DNA of 64,000 bases from a virus (taxonomy: Duplodnaviria > Caudoviricetes), in IMG/VR virus record IMGVR_UViG_3300017989_000087, positions 1-64,000 of that record; one strand, written 5' to 3'. Position numbers and translations under genes: made by a program. Below, piece by piece: positions 38,336 to 47,844 of the stretch (position 1 is the stretch's first letter; each line of letters starts with the position of its first letter). The notes beneath the pieces are model-generated. The model had not been told where the DNA came from. It did no database searches and saw only the letters and a program-made list of their open reading frames with translations.

Positions 38336-39432
38336 CTACCTCTTTTTGCTATCTTTTCATAGAACTTTTCCAATCCACCAATGTTTGCTTCTACCGTCCA
38401 ATTATCCTTCTGATTTTCCACATTAGATATATATGGATTGATGTTTTTAAATGTTATCTTTTCTATATCCCCAGTTTCCCATCCTTCGAGAATAGGTTCT
38501 CCAACATCATATTTCTGTACCCAATTTTTAACATCTCTCGAATTATCACACAATACAGGTAAACCAGCACCAAATGATTCAAACATTTTATTCGGCAGGG
38601 TATGCTCAAGGAACTCTTCATTTGTTTTGTTAAATGCAACTATTCCTGCATCATACTGTGTCATAACTCGCATCAATGTTGATAGATCTGTTGGGTTGTG
38701 CCAATGGAGGTTCGGTGATTCTAGTGGTACTCTGTTCTTTCCTCTCCTGAATTCTATAGAAGAATGTACATGCACATGTATTCCTTGCTTAAGTAACTTT
38801 TTAAACAATCTCCATATATCTCTGTGATCTGCCCATTGGTTATCTGCTTCTCCATACATCTTTATACCGCCTTCCCAAACAAGATGTATCTGTCCGTCCA
38901 TATCTGATAATTTAGTCCTTGGGTATTTTGTGGCAAATCTTTCCAAATAATAATTTGGGAACACATAAGACTTGTCTATGTCAATGTTGTATGTGTCAAT
39001 TACATACTGTCTCTGTCCTTCTGATACAAACAAATTTCCATCTGCACGCTGGTTGGCTAACGCTTCTGCATACCCTGCCGTTGATTGGTCAACATGATTA
39101 AACGTTGTTAGTGCATCATGACAATCGTGAATAACGGGTCTTTTGGAGTTTACAACAAGATGATTTGTATAAACATCTGGAGTATTTGAACTATGGATCA
39201 CATCAAATGTGTCTTTGTTATTTGTTGCAGCATTTAATGCCTCTCTCCAACATTTATCACATTCGTTGCTTCCCATGCTAAGAATGGCCTTGTATGGTTG
39301 AAATCCCCAAGTTGATAATCTATTTCCTTGCTGCATTAGGAACATTGTCCAACCTAAATCCGTAAGACCGTAAGCTATTTTGTGCGACCTTGAACATCCT
39401 TGTGATTGTACTATTAGTGCCCATTTATTCAT
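38332..39432 (-). CDS. glycosyltransferase, GT-B/GT4-like
   Basis: DVIHSSN, IHDCHD, PNKMFESFGAGLPVL acceptor/donor motifs. Confidence 0.8.
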   Translation of the reverse strand: MNKWALIVQSQGCSRSHKIAYGLTDLGWTMFLMQQGNRLSTWGFQPYKAILSMGSNECDKCWREALNAATNNKDTFDVIHSSNTPDVYTNHLVVNSKRPVIHDCHDALTTFNHVDQSTAGYAEALANQRADGNLFVSEGQRQYVIDTYNIDIDKSYVFPNYYLERFATKYPRTKLSDMDGQIHLVWEGGIKMYGEADNQWADHRDIWRLFKKLLKQGIHVHVHSSIEFRRGKNRVPLESPNLHWHNPTDLSTLMRVMTQYDAGIVAFNKTNEEFLEHTLPNKMFESFGAGLPVLCDNSRDVKNWVQKYDVGEPILEGWETGDIEKITFKNINPYISNVENQKDNWTVEANIGGLEKFYEKIAKRGR

Positions 39433-40385
39433 TATATCACATCCATTTTCTTTAGTTGTCTCAAAAGTTGTGCTGATGCTTGTTTTGGTTCGTGTCTCTC
39501 AAAAAATTTATTATATGCTGTGTTGTTTTTATGGTCTTCATTGTTTTCAATTGCATCAACAATATGCTCAGATAGGTGTTGCGAATCTGTTAGTATGAAC
39601 GGCGAATCCTTAACATATTCCTCAAGCGCAGCATTAACACTTGTTATTGTTGGAATTCCCATCATACCAGATTCAATTGCAGCCTGTGAATAGAATTCAG
39701 AATTGTGCGAATCTATCATAACATCCAATTGGCTCAAAATACTCAAGACCCTTCCACGAGTTTTTTTGTTTATTTCTATATAACCCAACATTTTATCATC
39801 ACAAATTACCTGTGCTTTTGCGATAGCAGAACCATACACATCTCCCCTTGTAAAACTTCCTATGCTTGTCCAAGCATCTGGAATTATATATTCTACATCG
39901 TCTGATCTCATTGATGTATCAGACGGATTAACAGAACATGGAGAATTTAGATAAACAACCTTATCATCGTAGTCCTCAAGATACATTTTTAGATGAGGCT
40001 GTCTTATGAAAATTATTTTTGCGTTTTCAATCAAATCTTTATTTTCACTATTTAGACATGTTATTATTTGGCCCTCAGTAAAGAAATATGGTACTATTGG
40101 AGCTTCAATATCATTCTTTATTTTATAAATATCTGTAAGATTGTTGAATTCTCCAAAGAATATGTACAAATCATATTTGTCCATAAAGTTTCTTTTTATT
40201 ACGTTTTGCATCCTCATGTTTGAATCTTGCTGTATTATATCGGTTGGATATAAATATCTGCTTGGATAAATCTGGAACGATCTAGCCCTCAATCCTTCGG
40301 ATATTGCGGTCATATATATCGAATACAGATATGATATATTCTTTTCATTTTGTATGCTCATATTCATAACTCTCATTCTTTCCAC
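39432..40385 (-). CDS. glycosyltransferase-like protein (GT-B, divergent)
   Basis: SQAAIESGMMGIPTIT motif; paralogue of the upstream GT. Confidence 0.65.
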   Translation of the reverse strand: MERMRVMNMSIQNEKNISYLYSIYMTAISEGLRARSFQIYPSRYLYPTDIIQQDSNMRMQNVIKRNFMDKYDLYIFFGEFNNLTDIYKIKNDIEAPIVPYFFTEGQIITCLNSENKDLIENAKIIFIRQPHLKMYLEDYDDKVVYLNSPCSVNPSDTSMRSDDVEYIIPDAWTSIGSFTRGDVYGSAIAKAQVICDDKMLGYIEINKKTRGRVLSILSQLDVMIDSHNSEFYSQAAIESGMMGIPTITSVNAALEEYVKDSPFILTDSQHLSEHIVDAIENNEDHKNNTAYNKFFERHEPKQASAQLLRQLKKMDVI

Positions 40386-41396
40386 CTCAAGTAATAATTT
40401 GGGTCTTCTTTTGGAACCATGCCTTCATATATATTCTTGTAATACTCTCCTATTTTCTTTGGGCTATGAAACGTTGATGCCCATGCTATACGTTGTTTCT
40501 CTGTCCTTTTATATGTATCGTAATCAAACAATGTTGCCTTCAATGCGTCAACAAAACCATTTATATCGCATGATTTTATTGTACAGCCGGGATAGAACTG
40601 ACCATAATTTGGATCTATCCAAGCCAGAACAACATTGCCCAATAACATTGCCTCTATTGCTGCAACACCATAGCACCCTATGTTAAATTGGTCAACATAT
40701 ATATCTGAAATTTTCATCATTTGCAAAGATTCCCAATGTGTCTTATTTTTACATAGTAATATATTAATATTGTTATAGTTATTTTTCATAAATCTTATAC
40801 CATTCATTATTGGCCTTGTTCCCTTTATTCCCACATTTGTTGTTGTGTGCAATATGGTCAATTCATCGTCATAACCAACTCTCACATCGCCCATTGAAGA
40901 TTTTGAACAAACATAATATGGATCTATAGAAACGGGATTGGGAACAAAAAATGTTTTATCAGAATATTTTTTTGGTATATATTGAAGCAAATCTGGCGTA
41001 GAAACAAATATGTATTTTGCTACGTTATTCAATGTTTTTGAACCACCATACATTCTAAGATATGAACCGTGATAATGTAGATATATTGGTTTTCCCGAAG
41101 GGAGAATTCTGCTTTTGACTATTTCTGGCAATCCATAGGTTGAATGAATATGGTATACATCTGCCTCATCAAAATTGTTATCATAAAAACATCTAGAAAT
41201 ATTGTCCTTGCTTCTTGGTATTGGTGTTATAACATCTTCTGGATATTTGATATAAGCGTCACTATATATACTCCATTGTCTTGAATATGTTCCTGCCCTT
41301 GTTTCAAATTTGGACAAGAGATATGGGACATTTGCAAGATTCCAGCCTAGTAAGATTCTTACATAGATTCTGTCCTGTCAAATGCAAAACAAACAT
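40373..41396 (-). CDS. GT4-like glycosyltransferase interrupted by a 28-nt insertion (41340-41367)
   Basis: GGAGGTGG RBS and TAATG coupling at 41396; exon 2 has DVYHIH, DIYVDQF..GCYGVAAIEAMLLG; frame restored by removing 28 nt. Confidence 0.8.
41340..41367 (-). other. candidate bulge-helix-bulge (BHB)-like microintron, 28 nt
   Basis: Two AAU bulges flanking a 3-bp+A.G central helix, 11-bp exon-exon helix, inner hairpin GUAAG/CUUAC. Confidence 0.6.
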
Positions 41397-41468
41397 TATT
41401 CCACCTCCAATATTTTTTTAACAACTTCTTTTTTATATCCTCTCAAATATGGAAATAATAAATTCATA
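41397..41468 (-). CDS. 23-aa peptide translationally coupled to the GT gene
   Basis: AGGTG RBS; MNLLFPYLRGYKKEVVKKILEVE*; its stop TAA overlaps the GT ATG (TAATG); coordinates approximate. Confidence 0.35.
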
Positions 41469-41475
41469 GTAACAC

Positions 41476-42165
41476 CTAGTTAAAGCTTCTTAATAAATCT
41501 TTTCCCCAATAATCTCCAATAAGTCTAATACCATAAACATATCCGTCTATCATCGTTTCCATGAACCACATTATCTTTTCTTCTTCTGTTCTCATTTCAT
41601 CAACAACTGTTATGTCATGATCCTCACTAACCAAAAAATCAAACCCATCATTAGAGTCGGACATATATCCCTTCATTTTATTTGTGCTTGATAATTTTGT
41701 TAGATAATTATTCATACCAGTATTTATCATGTATTTTCCAATCATCTGTCTCATGTTTATATCTTTGCACGCATATGATTTTATATCAAAGAAATCATTT
41801 AATTTATTTATTTGATCACGAATATAAGACACGGCTTCCATATCGCTCATCTCTGGAGAAACCCATGCATAATATCCTATTTCAAAACCAAACCTTTTTT
41901 CTGATCGTTTGAATAAGGGGATATTTAAATCTAGAGGATAATTAAATGAATGCGGAGAATCCCAGAATAGATATGATGTTGAAATCATATCATTGTAATA
42001 TTCTTTTTCTTGCATTTTGTTTATTACATAAGGTTTTTCATTTGCGTCATGTCTTATAAAAACATTTGGTTTTTCATCTGATAATTCAAAATCGCTAACT
42101 GTGCAAAAATTAACATTCCTATCTTTTATTATATCCAAAATTTCTTCGTATCTCATTTTTATCAC
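41476..42165 (-). CDS. polysaccharide-deacetylase-like protein (tentative)
   Basis: VFIRHD motif like RHDVD deacetylases; in the GT cluster. Confidence 0.4.
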   Translation of the reverse strand: MIKMRYEEILDIIKDRNVNFCTVSDFELSDEKPNVFIRHDANEKPYVINKMQEKEYYNDMISTSYLFWDSPHSFNYPLDLNIPLFKRSEKRFGFEIGYYAWVSPEMSDMEAVSYIRDQINKLNDFFDIKSYACKDINMRQMIGKYMINTGMNNYLTKLSSTNKMKGYMSDSNDGFDFLVSEDHDITVVDEMRTEEEKIMWFMETMIDGYVYGIRLIGDYWGKDLLRSFN

Positions 42166-42210
42166 GAAACATTTTTATGTGTTGGTGTTTAAATATGTTT
42201 TGTTCCCAAC

Positions 42211-42558
42211 TCATCCTCTACTTTTTTCTTTTTTAATCATCATCATTCCTATGTCTGACATTCTGCTCATAAGAAAACTTTTTATAAAATCAACTCTTCT
42301 TTGCTGAGATTTTCTTTCGTCTTTCCAATTCTTTTCTTCACAAAATTTCATAACTTTGTCCTGTTTGTTTATGTATACTGTGTATGTTGTTTTGCCTTCG
42401 CTGTTTCTGTCTCTAGAAATATATGGTTCATATTCGCCAATTTCTTCAATTTTTCTTTTTGCATCTTCCAAACTTGAGAATTTAAATTTCACCATAATCT
42501 CAAAGTCTTGTTTTTTTGGACACCATTTAACTCTATAAAATGGTGGATATTTGCTCAT
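42211..42558 (-). CDS. hypothetical protein
   Basis: 115-aa ORF in operon. Confidence 0.65.
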   Translation of the reverse strand: MSKYPPFYRVKWCPKKQDFEIMVKFKFSSLEDAKRKIEEIGEYEPYISRDRNSEGKTTYTVYINKQDKVMKFCEEKNWKDERKSQQRRVDFIKSFLMSRMSDIGMMMIKKEKSRG

Positions 42559-43331
42559 TGTAACCCAACAAAATCAGATGTGTTCACACTTATTATTCTA
42601 TTGTTTGTATACAAATAAACAATCGGAGCACCTGTATCAACTGGCTCCATAAATCTTTCTCTTGCATATGGTGGATAAAATAGGAACCCGCCAGTTCTTA
42701 CACCGTATATAGTTTTTATCTTTTCTGTTCCATCGTCAACAATTAGCTTGTGATATGGTTCGGAATTTATCTGGTGTATATGTCCTATCATTATCAGATC
42801 AGAACTTGGATAATAATTTACTGCCTTTCTAAGTTGATAATCACCTCTCTGTGAACTTCCGCTACCATGTGCAACAAGACATCTGTATGTAAACTTTCCA
42901 ACATCAATATCAAGATATGATGGATTTGGATGTATAAACATGGCGTTTAGCTTATCACACAAAATCTTTGTAGGACAAAAGCTGGTTCTTACCCATATTC
43001 TCTTTTCATGGTTTCCCATAACGCCACCAATTATCTTTCTTTTAAGAGGTTTCAATAGCTCATATATTTCATCCATCTGCTCAGATGGAGAAATTTCTTG
43101 GCCCCACATAACACCAGCATTTGTCATATGTGAAGGTATGTCCGTTTCAGCCATATCTCCCATCAAAATAACTCTCGCATCATCGTGGTCATCAATCCAA
43201 TCAAGATATTTGTAAAACTTTTTATAGTCGCAAGACTCTTGACCAAAATGAACATCCCCAAGCGGGATTAGCGGAAACTTATCCGAATTTGTTCTCATTT
43301 TGTACTTATATATTTGTCTTTCATTTCTCAT
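42555..43331 (-). CDS. calcineurin-like metallophosphoesterase
   Basis: GDVH, GDMAE, GNHE, AHG, GHIH motifs. Confidence 0.9.
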   Translation of the reverse strand: MRNERQIYKYKMRTNSDKFPLIPLGDVHFGQESCDYKKFYKYLDWIDDHDDARVILMGDMAETDIPSHMTNAGVMWGQEISPSEQMDEIYELLKPLKRKIIGGVMGNHEKRIWVRTSFCPTKILCDKLNAMFIHPNPSYLDIDVGKFTYRCLVAHGSGSSQRGDYQLRKAVNYYPSSDLIMIGHIHQINSEPYHKLIVDDGTEKIKTIYGVRTGGFLFYPPYARERFMEPVDTGAPIVYLYTNNRIISVNTSDFVGLQ

Positions 43332-43335
43332 AATA

Positions 43336-43884
43336 TCATCTCCTATCCTCTATTATTGTATTCAGGGTTCTTAAATGTTCCTGTACAGTTTCCTCTTTGC
43401 TTGGATCATATAAAGAAGCCATTGGATGGTACATAGTAAATACAGGTATCCCCATGTATTTAGTTACTTTTCCTCTTGTTCCATTCAATGCAAACATAGC
43501 TATTCTTCCAAGAGGAACGATTATCTTTGGCTTTACAATTTTTATTTCTTTTTCCAACCATCCACTACACTTTAGTCTTTCATCCTTTCTGGGAGGTCTA
43601 TTAGAAGGCGGTCTACACTTAACGGCGTTGGTGACATAATAATCGTCTTCTGTTATTCCAAGTTTCTTTGTCCATCTTTCAAAAATCTTTCCTGCTACAC
43701 CAACAAAAGGCTTTCCACTCTTGGCTTCTTGTCTGCCCGGTGCTTCACCAACAAACATAATCAATGGCTTGTTTGTGTTTCCTCTACCAGCAACAGGTTC
43801 GGTTCCTTTTCTCAATTTGCATCCATTGCACATGCTCAGTTCCGTTTTGAAATCAGATATATTGTACGTCATGTGTCTCATCAC
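43336..43884 (-). CDS. udg: uracil-DNA glycosylase, family 4 (Fe-S)
   Basis: CNGCKL, FVGEAPG, GKPFVG, TNAVKCRPP.NR.P, YHP. Confidence 0.92.
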   Translation of the reverse strand: MMRHMTYNISDFKTELSMCNGCKLRKGTEPVAGRGNTNKPLIMFVGEAPGRQEAKSGKPFVGVAGKIFERWTKKLGITEDDYYVTNAVKCRPPSNRPPRKDERLKCSGWLEKEIKIVKPKIIVPLGRIAMFALNGTRGKVTKYMGIPVFTMYHPMASLYDPSKEETVQEHLRTLNTIIEDRR

Positions 43885-44125
43885 TCCTTATTTGTTCAAT
43901 TATTTCTTCTCTAACAGATTTGTCATAGTCCTCTTTTAGCTCAACCAATCTTTCTTCTACCTCTTGCAAGGCAACAATTGATTCGGCTATTTCGTCCAAG
44001 TCATCTTCTTCCAGTTCAATGTATTGAGTCAATATCTCCATTATATTACTCATCACATTTGTGTGCATTTTCATATATCCAAGAACAATACTTCCAATGT
44101 CGTCTACTTTAATTTCTTCATTCAT
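43853..44125 (-). CDS. hypothetical acidic coiled-coil protein
   Basis: 90-aa ORF in operon. Confidence 0.6.
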   Translation of the reverse strand: MNEEIKVDDIGSIVLGYMKMHTNVMSNIMEILTQYIELEEDDLDEIAESIVALQEVEERLVELKEDYDKSVREEIIEQIRSDETHDVQYI

Positions 44126-44963
44126 TCAATTCATCTCCATAACACATTTTCGAATACTGACACATCATGCAAAAGTTGCTTGATTTAATAGGGAAAAAAT
44201 CTAAATCGTATGTGCCTTCCTTTATATATGCTCTTTCCAAAGTTTTTCTTATATCTTTTATAACATCAAACAATGCAGTTATAGTTCTTTTGTTTACTTT
44301 TTCAAACATTATTCCATCCTCATACCTTTCGTTTCCTGCGCAGAAAGCACCGATATGTTCAATTGGTTTGGATACAATATCGGTTCCATCTACTAACAAT
44401 TTATAAACAGCCAATTCTCTTCTAAGTTTTGATTTTCTCCAGTTGCTCATTCGTCCAGATTTATACTCAACCACAGCTTTATCTTCACTATCATCATCAT
44501 ATATATATTCTATCGAATCAATTGTTCCAGCTAAACCAAGGTCAGGTCTTTTTATTTTTATCTCTCTATTTGATGGAAACCATTTTTTTGTATTATTTTG
44601 AAACGCATAAAATCTATCCTTTTGAAACAATGAGAATCTTTTCAAGAGTTCTTCTGTTTCTGGTTTCATAACAAGATTTTTTCTAAAGTAATAAATCAAA
44701 TTATTTTCAAATTCGGATTTTTCCTTGGCAACATCTATATCAACTCTGTCAAAAAAATTATAACATTCATCATGGAAACTTGTACCAGCACTAGTAATAA
44801 GTTGCCCACTAGGATCACCCTCAATTTCCATCAACGAATATAAACCACATCTTTTACATGTTGTCCAAGAATGTATGTGGGATTTGTGTAGAAGGAAATC
44901 ACTTATTCCTTTTTTTCCTAAGTATGGAGTTTTCTTTGTCAATTCCTTGTTCCTCTTCAACAA
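44118..44963 (-). CDS. Cas4-like PD-(D/E)xK exonuclease
   Basis: CKRC..., GTSFH, E..I....LAGTIDSI...VVEYKSG..., QxxxY-like ELAVY, C-term C..C.Y..MC. Confidence 0.85.
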   Translation of the reverse strand: MLKRNKELTKKTPYLGKKGISDFLLHKSHIHSWTTCKRCGLYSLMEIEGDPSGQLITSAGTSFHDECYNFFDRVDIDVAKEKSEFENNLIYYFRKNLVMKPETEELLKRFSLFQKDRFYAFQNNTKKWFPSNREIKIKRPDLGLAGTIDSIEYIYDDDSEDKAVVEYKSGRMSNWRKSKLRRELAVYKLLVDGTDIVSKPIEHIGAFCAGNERYEDGIMFEKVNKRTITALFDVIKDIRKTLERAYIKEGTYDLDFFPIKSSNFCMMCQYSKMCYGDELNE

Positions 44964-45273
44964 GTTTTATAAACATCTTTAACCATGCTTTAAATTTCTT
45001 TTCTTCACACGGAATTTTAATTGGCCCATTTGAGAACGAACGAATTTCAATATTGTTTTTTATTTTCGCCAAATAAATTCCGTGATCTACAATGCTTTTT
45101 TCTTTATTCATTTTATATGCCATTATCAGCATTTTTACAAAAACTGCCCACTTGTTTTTCAATATATCTATTGTAGAATCTTCTTCTTTGTCATAAAGTT
45201 TGACTACACCGCCTACAATAGAAACCCTAGTATTAAATATTTCAAACCCAACTCCGTCAAACGAATTCTGCAA
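44899..45273 (-). CDS. hypothetical protein
   Basis: 124-aa ORF between polB and exonuclease. Confidence 0.6.
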   Translation of the reverse strand: MQNSFDGVGFEIFNTRVSIVGGVVKLYDKEEDSTIDILKNKWAVFVKMLIMAYKMNKEKSIVDHGIYLAKIKNNIEIRSFSNGPIKIPCEEKKFKAWLKMFIKLVEEEQGIDKENSILRKKRNK

Positions 45274-47647
45274 GAGAAACCTGTCTCCTTTTCCACATTA
45301 CATCTTTAAATTTTCTATCTATTATGTCAAGAAGCGGTTGGACTTTTCTTATTATTATCTTATTCCACATCTTATCATAATCAACCACAATATTATCGGG
45401 AAGATTTGTGTCTTCGTCAAACGATATAACATCCGTAGGCTCATATCCTTCAGGCATTCTTTTGACATATACCATCCTAGGTTTTGAACCCGACTTAAAG
45501 TTTGCTCCAAAATGTTTGTTTGCATATTTAGCACCTCTTACGTTCGCAGGAACTCCTATCTTACCGCCAGTTACATCCAATCCACCATATTCTTCTGGGT
45601 CTTTGGTCATACCTTTTGGTATAGCTATATTTATTAAGTCAACCTTTTTAAATCTTGCCTTTGTCATAAGCAATAACTCTCTTATCTCATCTTCTGGATC
45701 TTCTGATTTAAGCATAATATTCATAATTTCTTTCTGAACATCAATGGATATTGGTGCTGTATCAGATCTTTTAACTTCAAATCCAGTAACATCCAACTTA
45801 TCTGTGTGTTGACCTCCATCCCATATCTTTATCCCCGCATACCTTTTCTTAACATTTCCAAATAAGATTCTACTGTATAACTTTTCAAATTCGATATCAA
45901 TAGAAGCACCCAACTTTTTCATAACCTCATGTGTTAATTTTCTTTCCAGTTCTCTTCCACGAATAAATGCCTCATCTGTGTCTCCTTCTATAACAACAAA
46001 AACAGAATCTGTATCTCCGTATAGAACATTGTATCCCCATTTTTCTAGTAAGTTGACAGTTGATTTAACATATTCCTGCCCCATTATTGTAACACACTCA
46101 GCAACGATTCGATTATATAATCTAAATGCAGGATATCCCATTACACCATAAAAAGCATTTATGAGATATTTTGTTGCTTTTTGTTTTGTGTCCAATCTTT
46201 TATATTCAGATGAGTCTGGACTATGATTAATCATCTCCGACTTTAAGTCTGCTCTTCTCTTTTGTAACTCAGTAACACAGTCGGGTAGTATTCCAACAGG
46301 TTTCTTTTTAAAATGCCACTTACCAATCTTATAAGCATCTTCTATTTCATCGGTTAATGTTTCAGGAGATATATTATAGTTTATGAAAATGTTTGGATAT
46401 AGACTTGAGAAATCCAGAACTATTACATTTTCCCATATACCACTTTTGGGATACATGACATATGCACCAAGATAAGAATTTGAATCGCCTCTCTTTCCTC
46501 CTTTTGGAAGAACAACCCCCATGTCTTTTGCTTTTCTAAGCATCTTTATATCTATTAATCTTTTGGATGAAAGAACATCGTCATATCCAGCACCCAAGGA
46601 ATTTTTCAATTCAGTATAGTGGGCAATCAATCCCCATTTTTCATCTATTCTGTACAAGAATTCTACATCAGAAACATTTCTTTTTATTACCTCATTGGGG
46701 TCTGTTTTCCAAACTTCATGAAAATCATCTATGCTGACCTTAGATTCGCCAAGGTCTTTTTGTGCAATTGCCTGTAATGCATATGAGGGAAATGCCTTGG
46801 CAAAAAACTTCTTATAACAAGAAAGCATATCCAAAATAGTTATCCCTTTTATTCTACAATTGACACCTCTATACCCAACATTTTTTCTTGAAACATCTGT
46901 CCATCCCAAAGGAGATAATTTGTTTTTATCCAATTTATTTTTTGTCAATCTTCTTACGATATATGGTATATCGAATCCAGTTATATACCATCCTGTTAAC
47001 ATATCTGGCTTTATAGTTTGTATTTTAGCCATAAAAGCTTTTAGCATCTCCCTCTCAGACTCATACATTTCAAGATTTCCAGTATATTCTATCTTGTCAA
47101 GACTGTCGTGGTGTGTTAGAGTTATCATTTCCTTTGAATAAGAATCATAAATTGATATGCAAATAATGGGGTATTCAGCACCAAATGGATCTGGCGATTC
47201 TGTTTTGGGCATATCAACTTCGATATCCAAATAGAATATCTTCGGTGGAGTTGGGTTTGCTTTTACAGGTTTTACCATCTCATTATCTTCGTCCCATTCA
47301 AACGTAGAAAATAATCCCTTATCAATCATATATCTCTTGACAAAGAAAACATCCGATTCCCACGTTTTTGAAAATACCTTTCTCTTTGAAACCACATCTT
47401 TTGGTCTAGTTGTGTTTACCTTTATAACATCTTCGCCAAATATACCTTTTCCTTTTATCATTGTTTTTCTTATATCTGACATACCAGATACTTTGTATTC
47501 TTCATTTTTCTTTATCCAAAAGTATGGTTCAAATCCTTTTACAATAAACCTTTTCAGCGATTTATCTTCATCTCTGGCAAAGATCCAAATGTCTGGTTTT
47601 CCTCTACCAACGTATTCAATATTTTGCAACGTGTATACCATAATCAA
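45257..47647 (-). CDS. polB: family B DNA polymerase with C-terminal PIP box
   Basis: Exo DIE, GWYITGFD; Pol DFSSLYP, KYLINAFYG, YGDTDS, KKRYAG; C-term QVSLAEF. Confidence 0.96.
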   Translation of the reverse strand: MIMVYTLQNIEYVGRGKPDIWIFARDEDKSLKRFIVKGFEPYFWIKKNEEYKVSGMSDIRKTMIKGKGIFGEDVIKVNTTRPKDVVSKRKVFSKTWESDVFFVKRYMIDKGLFSTFEWDEDNEMVKPVKANPTPPKIFYLDIEVDMPKTESPDPFGAEYPIICISIYDSYSKEMITLTHHDSLDKIEYTGNLEMYESEREMLKAFMAKIQTIKPDMLTGWYITGFDIPYIVRRLTKNKLDKNKLSPLGWTDVSRKNVGYRGVNCRIKGITILDMLSCYKKFFAKAFPSYALQAIAQKDLGESKVSIDDFHEVWKTDPNEVIKRNVSDVEFLYRIDEKWGLIAHYTELKNSLGAGYDDVLSSKRLIDIKMLRKAKDMGVVLPKGGKRGDSNSYLGAYVMYPKSGIWENVIVLDFSSLYPNIFINYNISPETLTDEIEDAYKIGKWHFKKKPVGILPDCVTELQKRRADLKSEMINHSPDSSEYKRLDTKQKATKYLINAFYGVMGYPAFRLYNRIVAECVTIMGQEYVKSTVNLLEKWGYNVLYGDTDSVFVVIEGDTDEAFIRGRELERKLTHEVMKKLGASIDIEFEKLYSRILFGNVKKRYAGIKIWDGGQHTDKLDVTGFEVKRSDTAPISIDVQKEIMNIMLKSEDPEDEIRELLLMTKARFKKVDLINIAIPKGMTKDPEEYGGLDVTGGKIGVPANVRGAKYANKHFGANFKSGSKPRMVYVKRMPEGYEPTDVISFDEDTNLPDNIVVDYDKMWNKIIIRKVQPLLDIIDRKFKDVMWKRRQVSLAEFV

Positions 47648-47844
47648 TCATCACCGTAAACAATTTCGCCAGCAGCATCATATACGTAGATGTCTTCCCT
47701 TATTAATGTTTTCAAAGCTTCTTTCCAAGATTTTGCTGTCACATAAATAAATTTTGCCCTGTCTGCTTTTCTGTCAATTTCAACATTATCATCATTATAC
47801 CTGTACTTAGCAAAACAAATTTCATACGTTTCCATGATAAACAC
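47644..47844 (-). CDS. hypothetical protein
   Basis: Short ORF coupled to polB. Confidence 0.6.
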   Translation of the reverse strand: MFIMETYEICFAKYRYNDDNVEIDRKADRAKFIYVTAKSWKEALKTLIREDIYVYDAAGEIVYGDD

